Shown here: in pieces, positions 1 to 8,714 of the stretch
Layout: each line of letters begins with the position of its first letter
How positions within the stretch are numbered: position 1 is the first letter of the stretch
NCBI GenBank assembly: GCA_013416795.1
Contig: RQSC01000005.1
Span: 207,393 to 228,666, forward strand
Length of the DNA: 21,274 nt
From: Prasinococcaceae sp. CCMP 1430
Lineage: Eukaryota > Plantae > Prasinodermophyta
Reading direction: 5' to 3'
Made by a program: the position numbers and the translations under genes
Notes under the pieces: model-generated
Databases searched by the model: none
Told to the model about the DNA's origin: nothing
The model's input: only the letters and a program-made list of their open reading frames with translations

Positions 1-2
1 GG

Positions 3-859
3 GCGGCGGACGCGCGCGAGGCGGGCTCGCGCGCGGCAGCGCGTGCGGTCGTGCGCGCGTGCGAGGCGCTTGGGCGTGTGGAGGTGGAGCCGGTGGACTG
101 TGCGTTCGAGCGCGCGGTGGAGGGCGTGCCTGAGCTGCACGAGTTCAGCCTGGCACCGTCCGCGCGCGCGCCGCGCTGCAGCACCGGGAATATGGCCTTC
201 GACCCACGAGACGGCACCCCGGCATGGCACACCGACCAGTCCTTCCGCAGCGCCGCGCCGGCGTACACGGGCCTGCATCACGTGGGCGTGCTGTGCGCCG
301 ACGTGCAGAAGTCGGTGGCGTTCTACACCGAGGTCATGGGTCTCACGCTCAACGACGCGCGCCCCGACGACCGCCTGCCGTACGACGGCGCGTGGCTGTG
401 GATCGGGAAGGACCAGAGCATGATTCACCTGATGGAGCTGCCCAACCCAGACCCCGTCGACGGCCGGCCCGACCACGGTGGCCGCGACAGGCACGCGGCA
501 TTCGGCATCGACGACGTCAAGCCGCTCGTGGAAAGGCTGGAGAGGCACGGCGTGCCCTACACCATGTCTAAGAGCGGCCGCGCGGCGGTCTTCTTCAGGG
601 ACCCCGACGGCAACGCCATGGAGTTCATGGTGCGTGGCGCTGAGACGAGGGGCGTCGCTGCCACCGCCCGCGCCTGTCCGTGCGCGCGCTGGGCCGCGCG
701 CCCAGCCTATCACCAGTGCGCGCGCCCAGCCTATCACCAGTGCGCGCGCTCAGCCTATCACCAGTGCGCGCGCCCTGCGCCACCGCGCCACCGCGCCAGC
801 GCCTGCGACTGTTGCGGGCGCTGACGCACGCCCCCCCGCCATGCTCGCAGGAGCTGTGA
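3..859 (+). CDS. 5'-partial gene, exons <3-629 and 851-859: TauD/TfdA-like N-terminal half fused in frame to a complete VOC/glyoxalase-like domain (plant At5g57040-type)
   Basis: The frame is open from base 3. The VOC part (LHHVGVLC..FY..VMGL..NDARPDDRLPYDGAWLW..MIHLMELPNPDP..GRPDHGGRDRH..YTMSKSGRAAVFFRDPDGNAMEF) matches the plant glyoxalase-like family as I recall it. Intron 630-850 has a GTGCGT donor, a GCTGAC branch at ~820 and a C-rich ...CGCAG acceptor, giving the ending EFM|EL*. TGTAA lies 26 nt after the stop. Confidence 0.85.
701..772 (+). repeat. Intronic minisatellite, 3 x 24 bp (CCCAGCCTATCACCAGTGCGCGCG)
   Basis: Units at 701-724, 725-748 and 749-772; the third has one substitution. 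There are no spacers. Confidence 0.95.
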
Positions 860-884
860 GTGCGCCGCGGCCACGCCCGCTGAC

Positions 885-889
885 TGTAA
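885..889 (+). promoter_or_regulatory. TGTAA polyadenylation signal (green-algal type)
   Basis: TGTAA just downstream of the predicted stop at 857-859. Confidence 0.6.
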
Positions 890-1088
890 CAAAGACATAT
901 AGCATCTCTTAAAGTAGTCGTCGAATACTCAGAGGCGTGTACTGTGAACATAGTAGACAAAGACCCTCCCTTGGCACACACGCCTCACGGGTGCGCCACA
1001 GGGGCGGGGGGAAGAGGGGAAGCGGGGCATGCCACCTTCGGCTGCGCGCGCCGCCTTGCGGGCGCCCTCGCGAACCAAAATGCGGCCC

Positions 1089-2069
1089 CTACGCGGCGCG
1101 GTACAAGGGGTTGACGCCCTCGGGCACCATCGGCGCCGTGTTGATCTCCGCGAGCTGCTCCGGCGTGGCGACGTCGGCGTGCAACGGGTTGACGGAGACT
1201 GACTCCACAGCGTCGTCGACGTCGAGGAGGGGCTCGTACGCGGAGGCCGCGGCGACCGGGGGCAGGGGCTGCGGCGTCGTCCTCCGCACGTGCTTGCACG
1301 CGCAGTACGCGAGCGAGCAGAACGTGAGCAGGCTCACCGCAACAAACGCGAGGAAGCACGCGGGCGGGTGGCGGTGAGGGCCCCGAGGGCCGTCGGGGTG
1401 GCGGGGATGAGGGCCGTCGAAGCGCGGGTCGAACTCGCGCGCCGTCCAAGGCGGCTCCTCCCACGGGGGCACCTCGAAGTCGCGCACGCCGAGGTCGGGC
1501 ATCTGTGCGCGCAGCCCCTCCATCCTTGCGGCCGCGGCGTCCTGCTCGCCGCCGAACAGCAGGTCGAAGATGCCCATTGGCGGCACCTCGGGGATGACCA
1601 TATCGGCGTCGCCATCGCGGCCCTCGTGGCAGCCACTCTTCTTGGTCCCGGGGACGAACGGCCTGTACACGGGGCGCGGGAGCACGAGGTCGAGCAGCAT
1701 GCCCACGTCGAGCATGGCACCCAGAGCGTCCTCCTCAGAGTCGCTCACGACGGTGACGTCGACGCCCGAGTCGTCAAAGGAGATATCCACGACGGCCTGC
1801 GCGGCGCCCGGGCACGAGCACTCGGCCGAGACGAGCTGCCCGTCCTCGCCGGTGACGCAGGTGGCCTGCGCCGCGATGGCGCCCGCCGCGATGCACTCGG
1901 CAGAGCACTGCGCACGCACCGCCTCGCACACGTCCATTGGGATCTCCTCCACCTCGACGAGTTCCTCGACAAGGTCCTCGACGCCCTCCCCGAGCGCCGC
2001 CGCACCGCCAACGGCCGCGAGCGCCACCGCGGCAACGCAGAGCGCCGCGCGCGCGCGGCGCGCCGCCAT
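1089..2069 (-). CDS. Orphan type-I membrane protein, 326 aa, intronless: signal peptide, 6-Cys module, acidic/Pro-His stalk, TM helix, tail with YEPLL and two VNPL(H/Y) motifs
   Basis: The ATG at 2069 opens MAARRARAALCVAAVALAAVGGAAA (signal peptide). TM helix CFLAFVAVSLLTFCSLAYCAC is followed by basic KHVRR. TAG stop at 1089-1091. Confidence 0.8.
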   Translation of the reverse strand: MAARRARAALCVAAVALAAVGGAAALGEGVEDLVEELVEVEEIPMDVCEAVRAQCSAECIAAGAIAAQATCVTGEDGQLVSAECSCPGAAQAVVDISFDDSGVDVTVVSDSEEDALGAMLDVGMLLDLVLPRPVYRPFVPGTKKSGCHEGRDGDADMVIPEVPPMGIFDLLFGGEQDAAAARMEGLRAQMPDLGVRDFEVPPWEEPPWTAREFDPRFDGPHPRHPDGPRGPHRHPPACFLAFVAVSLLTFCSLAYCACKHVRRTTPQPLPPVAAASAYEPLLDVDDAVESVSVNPLHADVATPEQLAEINTAPMVPEGVNPLYRAA

Positions 2070-2183
2070 GACGCGTCCCCTTCCCTGAGGAAAAAAAAGG
2101 GGGGAAGGAGGGGAGAAAGGCACGGGCAGCCGAGCGCCCTCTCTCGCGCGCTCGGCGCGCCCGCGGCACGCACGCGCGCACCG

Positions 2184-2706
2184 NNNNNNNNNNNNNNNNN
2201 NNNNNNNNNNNNNNNNNNNNNNNNNNNNNNNNNNNNNNNNNNNNNNNNNNNNNNNNNNNNNNNNNNNNNNNNNNNNNNNNNNNNNNNNNNNNNNNNNNNN
2301 NNNNNNNNNNNNNNNNNNNNNNNNNNNNNNNNNNNNNNNNNNNNNNNNNNNNNNNNNNNNNNNNNNNNNNNNNNNNNNNNNNNNNNNNNNNNNNNNNNNN
2401 NNNNNNNNNNNNNNNNNNNNNNNNNNNNNNNNNNNNNNNNNNNNNNNNNNNNNNNNNNNNNNNNNNNNNNNNNNNNNNNNNNNNNNNNNNNNNNNNNNNN
2501 NNNNNNNNNNNNNNNNNNNNNNNNNNNNNNNNNNNNNNNNNNNNNNNNNNNNNNNNNNNNNNNNNNNNNNNNNNNNNNNNNNNNNNNNNNNNNNNNNNNN
2601 NNNNNNNNNNNNNNNNNNNNNNNNNNNNNNNNNNNNNNNNNNNNNNNNNNNNNNNNNNNNNNNNNNNNNNNNNNNNNNNNNNNNNNNNNNNNNNNNNNNN
2701 NNNNNN
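2184..2706. other. Assembly gap (523 N)
   Basis: Run of N between two divergently transcribed genes. Confidence 1.
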
Positions 2707-2742
<36 letters not shown>

Positions 2743-2830
2743 GCACGCACACACACACACACGCACGCACGCACGCACACATGCGCACTCGCGCGCACAC
2801 ACACACACACACACATGCGCACTCGCGCAC
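2707..2830. repeat. (CA)n/(GCAC)n compound microsatellite
   Basis: Pure AC run from 2707, then mixed ACGC/AC tracts with a duplicated ACACATGCGCACTCGCGC motif. It abuts the gap. Confidence 0.95.
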
Positions 2831-3078
2831 GGTGCGCAGCACTGGCACTGGCACCTGCCCGAGCTCGCTACGGTAGATCTAGAGACGAACCTGAATCTAC
2901 CTGGAGAGCCCCAACTGTGGCGGCTCGCGCGATCGCAAACGCGTCCGCAAAAATGGCGGCTGGCGGGCGTCGCGCCACACCTCCCCGCTCTGACCCCCGG
3001 CGCCTGCCGCGCCCCGCCCGCGCGGCTTGCGGTGGCGCGTGGCGCCTTCGAGCTCCTGCACCGAGACTTCGCCGGCCG

Positions 3079-4794
3079 ATGACGAGGGCGCGCGGCGCCC
3101 CCGCCGCGGCGGGCCCGCTGCCCCCGCTCCTGTTGGCCGCGGCCGCGTTGGCCGTCGCGTTGCCGGTAGGGTTGGCGCAGGGCTCCGAGTCGGCCAACGT
3201 CAGCGCGATCGCGGGCGAGGACCTCGAGCCCTCGGCGGTGGTCTGGACGCCGCGCGCGCCGCTGCCGGCGCCGCTGTCGGACTTCTCGGCGACGCGCGTC
3301 CGCGCGCGGAGCGCCTCGCCGTACTCTACTACCGCCGCAGATGCGGGCAGCGGCGGCGACTACCTGATCGCCATTGTCGGCGGCTGCGACGGCGACCAGT
3401 CGCTCGTGTGCGAGGACGAGGATGCCCAGGTGGGGTGCTTCTTCGTGTGCCCGCACGCGACGGACGCCGTAGCGCTCTACCATCCTGCAATGGACAAGTA
3501 TTTCGTGTCCGAGTCGGAGACAGCGCCCGACAGCGGCACGAACGACACGGCGATGTCGGGCGCTGAGGGCCAAAACGGCAGTAGCGACGATGGTACTGCG
3601 GTGGGCGCGAGCGCCGGTACGGTCGCGCGCGCTCCGGTGGCGCGGCTGAGGCACGCCGCCGCCGCCGTGCTTGGCGGCGAGTTGCTCGTCGTTGCGGGAG
3701 GGCGCACCGCCGACACCGATGAGCTCATCACCGCGATCGACGTCTTCAACGCGAGCAGCGGCACGTGGGCGGAGCCCTCGCCCATCACCAACTGGACGGG
3801 TGCCACGAGCGATCTTGGCATGTTCGCACTGGACGACTGGCCCGCGCCCGGCGCAGCGACTGCCGTCGCGCTCGCTGGGTACGACGCCGGCTACGAGGCG
3901 CTCCCTGACGCACAGGAGTTCGTGCTGGCGCCCGCGTCGGACCTGTCCTCCGTGCTGCCGCCAGGCACCGAGGTCCTGGCGACCTCGGAGCCCTTCACAG
4001 TCGGCGGCGCGGGCGCCCCCGCGCTGGCGCTCGCGTGGGTTCGCATGCCAGCGCAAGCGGGTGGCGTGCCGGACCTCCCCGACGCCGGGCGCGGCGACAT
4101 CACGGTCGCTCAGGCGCCGCCCGTCGAGGAGGGCGTCCAAGCGATGGCAGTGGCCATCGGTGGCTACGTGGCGGGCGATTTCTGCAGCCCCGTCGCGACC
4201 GTGGACGCATTTGTGCCCTTTCCGACCGTGGCGGCGGCGACGAGCTCCGCAGGTGTTTGGGTATCGCTGCCCCCGCTCACGCACCCGCGTGCCGACGCCG
4301 CCGCCGGATGGGCGGACGGACGGCTGTTTGTCGCGGGCGGCGAAGGGACGCGCGAGTGCGCCGAGTTCTCGCTCGCGACCGATCACGTCGAGGAGTGGAC
4401 GCCACCAGTCGACTCCTTGCTCAACGCGAGCACCGCGTCGCTAGCCGCGTGGCGCGACGCGGGCGACTTTCCGGGCGAGCGCTTCCGATTCGCTGGCGCC
4501 AGCACGGAGAGCGCTCTGTTCTTGTTCGGCGGGCAAGCCAAGTTCGATGAGGCCTCGGGGACGTATCCACTCACCGAGGATGTTGTGGAGTTCCAAGAGG
4601 GATGCCCGTCCTTGCCGGGCAGCGGCGACGTCAACGGCGACTCTCAGGTGGACCTGACGGATCTCCAGGAGGCAGCCAAGCACGTGGCAAGCGCGCTTAT
4701 CCCCAAATGCGTCCTATTCGCCGCAGATCTCGACGCGAACGGCGTGCTCGATGCTGCTGATCTCGCGATGCTGCAGGTCATCGTGCAAGAATGA
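3079..4794 (+). CDS. Secreted six-bladed Kelch beta-propeller protein with a C-terminal dockerin-like domain, 571 aa (alternative in-frame ATG at 2953)
   Basis: Signal peptide ...LLLAAAALAVALPVGLA. Kelch repeats with GG/AG turns and W markers (IAIVGGC, LVVAGGR, VALAGY, VAIGGY, LFVAGGE, LFLFGGQ). C-terminal GDVNGDSQVDLTD...ADLDANGVLDAAD. TGA stop at 4792-4794. Confidence 0.85.
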   Translation: MTRARGAPAAAGPLPPLLLAAAALAVALPVGLAQGSESANVSAIAGEDLEPSAVVWTPRAPLPAPLSDFSATRVRARSASPYSTTAADAGSGGDYLIAIVGGCDGDQSLVCEDEDAQVGCFFVCPHATDAVALYHPAMDKYFVSESETAPDSGTNDTAMSGAEGQNGSSDDGTAVGASAGTVARAPVARLRHAAAAVLGGELLVVAGGRTADTDELITAIDVFNASSGTWAEPSPITNWTGATSDLGMFALDDWPAPGAATAVALAGYDAGYEALPDAQEFVLAPASDLSSVLPPGTEVLATSEPFTVGGAGAPALALAWVRMPAQAGGVPDLPDAGRGDITVAQAPPVEEGVQAMAVAIGGYVAGDFCSPVATVDAFVPFPTVAAATSSAGVWVSLPPLTHPRADAAAGWADGRLFVAGGEGTRECAEFSLATDHVEEWTPPVDSLLNASTASLAAWRDAGDFPGERFRFAGASTESALFLFGGQAKFDEASGTYPLTEDVVEFQEGCPSLPGSGDVNGDSQVDLTDLQEAAKHVASALIPKCVLFAADLDANGVLDAADLAMLQVIVQE

Positions 4795-4973
4795 GCTCTG
4801 TTGAGTCAAGGCCAACGTGAAGCGTGCAAGCGGGGTGCTCTCTCAATCACGACGCAGCGTGTGTCCCACACGCGGGCGCCTCTACGTGTTGGCAGCCAGC
4901 TCAACCGATGCAAGCTGCGGCTGGCGAGGGGACCTAAGAGATACGGCCCACGTCGACGCTACAACTACAGTAC

Positions 4974-4997
4974 TGTAATGAAAGCCGTACAATTACA
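4974..4997. promoter_or_regulatory. Pair of convergent TGTAA poly(A) signals (4974-4978 on +, 4993-4997 on -)
   Basis: Each motif lies downstream of the stop of the gene on its own strand (4794 on +, 5018 on -). Confidence 0.6.
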
Positions 4998-5017
4998 AGA
5001 TCGATCGTTTGGACAAG

Positions 5018-5568
5018 TTACTGTCGCTTCAAGTTGCGGCCAGCGCCCACTGCGTCGCGCCCACCACCCACTGCCTCGTTGACGTACTGCCCTGATACAA
5101 ATGCCGCCCAGAACAATCCCGCTTGCGCGGTTGGCGATGCCGCAGCTTGCACAAGGGCAGGCCCGGGACAAGCCCCGAGGAGCCCCCAACCCACGCCAAA
5201 CACCGCCGCACCCGCCAACAGGCGCGCGCTGACGTCGCCATTGTCGCCTGCGGTCGGGCCAAACTTGACCTCGTACGCGCCACCGCAGGTAGAGCCACTG
5301 CACGCCCGCCCCGCGCGCTGGTTTCGCATGATGATGGCGAAGGCCGGCGTGATGATGGCGAGCGCACCACCCATGACGAACATGAGGCTCGCATCGAAGT
5401 GAGGGGTGAGGGGCGAAAGGAAGCCAATGACCTGCGTGGGGTGGGTGGGTGAGAGCACTCCGAGTCAACGGATCGCAAGCCGGCGGGCGTCTGCGAATGA
5501 CACGCATCGGAACCATGCACCCGCGCGCTCCGGGTGCTGCGCGCGCTCACCTTGCTAGGATTCGGCAT
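5018..5568 (-). CDS. YeeE/YedE (Sulf_transp/DUF6691-type) sulfur-compound transporter, C-terminal half only, 143 aa; exons 5568-5551 and 5431-5018
   Basis: The spliced join gives MPNPSK|VIGFL..FDASLMFVMGGAL and LLAGAAVFGVGWGLLGACPGPALV, both hallmark motifs. Intron 5550-5432 has AAG|GTGAGC, a GTTGAC branch and a C-rich CAG acceptor. TAA stop, then TGTAA about 20 nt downstream. Confidence 0.75.
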
Positions 5569-5625
5569 GCCAGAGAGGACGCGGCCTTCGGCGGGGAGGT
5601 GGTGTGCGCGCCCGAGAGGCGCACG

Positions 5626-7034
5626 ATGGTGCGCGTCGTGTCTTCCGATGACATCGGCCTGCTCAAGGGCGTCGAGTGGGCGACAGGCGGCGCGGCGGCC
5701 GAAGCGCTGCGCAATGTGGCGAAAGGTGCGGCGACGCACCGCGTTTGCGGGTGCGGGTGCGGCTGCAGTTGCGCTCGCGCTGTCGGGCGCGCGCGCAGTC
5801 GCACTGCTGACACCACCCACACCCCCGCGCGCTCCCCGCTCGCCTTGATGGCACTCCCTGGCGCGCGTCACGCCCAGGCGCCACGCCAAAGCCGCCGAAG
5901 GTCGCGTGGCGCGCCGGCCAGCCCGCGCGCGCCGCGCGTGCTCGCTGCATGTCGCTCTCATCTCACGCCGAGCACACGACGGCGGCGGCCGGGCTGGAGG
6001 ACGGAGCGGTGGTGCTGTACGATGCGGGCACCGCGCAGAAGCTCGCGGAGCTCAGGCTCTTCGACGGCGACGACGACGGGGAAACGCTGGACGCGGCGTC
6101 AGTGGTGGGCGTCGCCGTGCGGATGGACGAGGCACACGAGCGCGCCGCGCTGGTGGCAGCCACCGCGACGGGCGGCGTGGCCGTGCAGCAATTGCGCATG
6201 GAGAACAGCGGCGGCGGTGACGGCGGCGCAATGTCCGTGTCGCCTGTGAGTGAGGCCTTCCGTTTCAGCGTGAAGGCGCCCGTCGCGGCCATGGCCGCGA
6301 CGGCCGATCTCAGCCACATCGCGGTCGGCGGCCACAAGTCGGACCTGTCCGTGCACGACGTCAGCACGGGCGAGCAGGTGTTCAAAGCGCGCCTGCCCAA
6401 GTTCACGTGGCCGCTGCCGCTGCCTGTGCCATATGTCGCGTCGGCGGCGTTCGTGCCACTGGGCGGCGGCTGCGACAGCCATAGCGTGGTGGCCGTAGGC
6501 ACGGGTAGCCACGAGGTGCGGCTCTACGACGCGCGCACGAGTCGCCGTCCACAGTGGCGCGTGGACTACGGCGAGTGCCGCGTGGGCGCCGTGTGCGCTG
6601 AGCCCATGGGGGGGCCGCCACGCATCTTCGCCGCGACCGGAGCTGGCGCCGTGGGGGCCTTCGACATCCGCGCGGGCGCCAACGCGGGTGCGCTCCTCGG
6701 CGGGTACAAGGGCGCACAAGGAGGCGTCAGATGCCTGGCGAGACACCCCACGGAGGGCTGGCTCGCTGCGGGTGGCCTCGACCGCTGGCTGCGCATCTAC
6801 GACGCCAACACGCGCAAGCTGCGCTGCAAGGTCTTCATGAAGCAGAGCATGAGCGGCGTTGGCTTCGATGTGCGCCAGCTTCCCGTGGAGGGCGAGGAGG
6901 AGGGCGAGGAGGGCGGCGATGGCGAACGCAATGGCAGCGCGGGCAGGGGCAAGGGCCAGGGCGCTGGCGCCGGCAGAGGCGGCAGCAAGTCGGCCAATGC
7001 GCCGCATGCTAAGCGTCGTCGTCGGGACGACTGA
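5626..7034 (+). CDS. WDR74: WD40 60S ribosome biogenesis factor WDR74/NSA1, 418 aa; exons 5626-5725 and 5878-7034
   Basis: N-terminus MVRVVSSDDIGLLKGV. Further motifs IAVGGHKSDLSV, VAVGTGSHEVRLYDARTSRRP, YKGAQGGVRCLARHP and AAGGLDRWLRIYDANTRKLRCKVFMKQ. The phase-1 intron has a GTGCGG donor, GCTGAC branch and CCCAG acceptor. Basic NLS-like C-terminus. Confidence 0.88.
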
Positions 7035-7360
7035 GCAGCGCACGCGGTAAAGGACACGCGCGCGCCTTCCTTCGACACTCGCTGCCCACAAAGCCCATGC
7101 GTGTGTTCTGTTTGTGTGAAGGGGGGCTGGGGTGGGGGTGGGGGGCGGAGGAGTGATGGCGCGCCGTCGCACGCCGCGCGCTGGCAGCCCGGCGGTGGCT
7201 CCGTCGGCGTCTGGATGCGAAGCAAGAGATATTAGTGTCCGTGGGCCGGCCTCGCGCGCGCGTCTCGTCCTAGCGCGCCCAATTCACGGACCGTTCTCGC
7301 CCGTGCCGCCGCGAGGCGGGCGCGGGCGATCAGCAGCAGCGCGGAACAGGCGGAGCGCAA

Positions 7361-8298
7361 TTAGCCCGCGAAGGACTTCTTGGCACCGCCGGCGGCCGGG
7401 ATGACCTTGAGCACGTTGAAGCGCACGGTCTTGGACAGCGGGCGGCACTGGCCGATGACGACGGCGTCACCCTCACGGCAGCGGAAGCACGGCGAGATGT
7501 GCGCGGCCACGTTCTTGTGGCGCTTCTCGTAGCGCTGGTACTTGCGCACGAAGTGCAGGTAGTTGCGGCGCACGATGATGGTCCTGTTCATCTTGGTCCT
7601 GTGCACGGTGCCGGTGAGGATGCGGCCGCGGATGGAGACATCGCCGGTGAAGGGGCACTTCTTGTCAATGTAGGTGCCCTCGATCGCCTCCTTGGGGGTC
7701 TTGAAGCCGAGGCCCACCGACTTGTAGAAGCGCTTGCCGGCCTTGCCCGGGGCGGCCTTGTTCTTGTTGGCCTTCGAGTTGGAGATCAGCGCCACCTTGA
7801 CCTGCTTCTGGAACGCCTTCTCGTGCTGTTTGGCGCGGCCGGCGCGAGAGGAAGCCGGCGCGAACGTCAGCACGACGCGCCTGCCAGGATCGCACGCGCC
7901 CAGCGCCCAGCGAGCGCACCACGCCTAGGCTGCCGCGCACGCCCCGCCGCAGCCCGCGCAGCGCATCGCGTCGCCTGCGAGCGCTGGCGAGCGCTGCGCC
8001 GAGCGCTGCCTGCGCCACACCACCGCGCGCGGTGCTGCGTCGCTGCGCCTCGCGGGGCACGAAACGATCGCGCCCGAGCGGTGTGTGGCGCCCAGCACGA
8101 NNNNNNNNNNNNNNNNNNNNNNNNNNNNNNNCCCGCAATCAAAAAAAAAAAAAAAGGCGCAGGGCTTTTGCCCTAAGCAGCGCCGCCAGGCCGCGCCGCG
8201 CCGCAGGGCTCTCTCTCTCTCCCACCCCGCGCGCGCCCTCCTCTGCCCCGCCCGCCGCCGCGCCCTCCCCCTCGACGCCCGTGACGCACCTGGTCCAT
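7361..8298 (-). CDS. RPS11: 40S ribosomal protein S11 (uS17), 157 aa; exons 8298-8290 (MDQ) and 7825-7361
   Basis: [35 protein letters not shown] and [17 protein letters not shown] are unmistakable. The 9-nt first exon has a CAG|GTGCGT donor, and the intron ends with a GCTGAC branch and AAACAG acceptor. Confidence 0.97.
8101..8131. other. Assembly gap (31 N) in the RPS11 intron
   Basis: Run of N. Confidence 1.
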
Positions 8299-8703
8299 GG
8301 CTGCTGGCTGGGGCGAGCGCTGGGCGTGCGCGGTGTGGTGCGGTGCCGAGGCCGGGCGGCGCAACGCGCGCAATGCGAGAGCGCGCCCGCGCGGCCGGCG
8401 GAAACTCTGCGGAGTTTCCGCGCGCACTCGTCCGCGATACCCGCGTACTGAATCGCACCCGCACTGCGCGGCCGCTCCGCGCGCGAAACGCCGCTCCGCG
8501 CAGCCGCCGCTGGCGGCTCGCGGCCGGTGCCGGCGGCCCCCCATCAGACCGCATTCAGCCGAACGGCCGCGTGCGAACTGATACGCCCACAGGACGTGCA
8601 CGCACGCACAGTACGTACGAACGCGCGTAAAAAAGAGGGTCTCGCGCCGACGCGTCCCATCATTGAAAGAAACGACTTTCGACGTGCGCGTGGCGTGCTA
8701 CCA

Positions 8704-8714
8704 TTTAGGGTTTT
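8704..8714 (-). promoter_or_regulatory. Telo-box (AAAACCCTAAA) about 400 bp upstream of the RPS11 ATG
   Basis: TTTAGGGTTTT on + inside an AT-rich patch. Telo-boxes are established elements of plant ribosomal protein promoters. Confidence 0.5.

Noticed and set aside
701-772. CRISPR-like array
   Set aside because: The units are directly adjacent with no spacers, there are no cas genes, and the repeat is inside a eukaryotic intron.
3-5568. Sulfur-utilisation cluster (TauD-like plus YeeE/YedE)
   Set aside because: Both are partial domains, they are separated by unrelated genes, and there is no operon logic in a eukaryote.
1290-7225. Long alternative ORFs (e.g. 1774..4386 -, 1290..2876 +, 5029..5961 -, 6099..7172 -)
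   Set aside because: These are shadow or antisense frames of real genes in ~70% GC DNA, or run through N gaps. They are Arg/Ala/Gly-rich with no motifs.
7826-8289. Box C/D snoRNA in the RPS11 intron
   Set aside because: No RUGAUGA box on the sense strand in the visible sequence.
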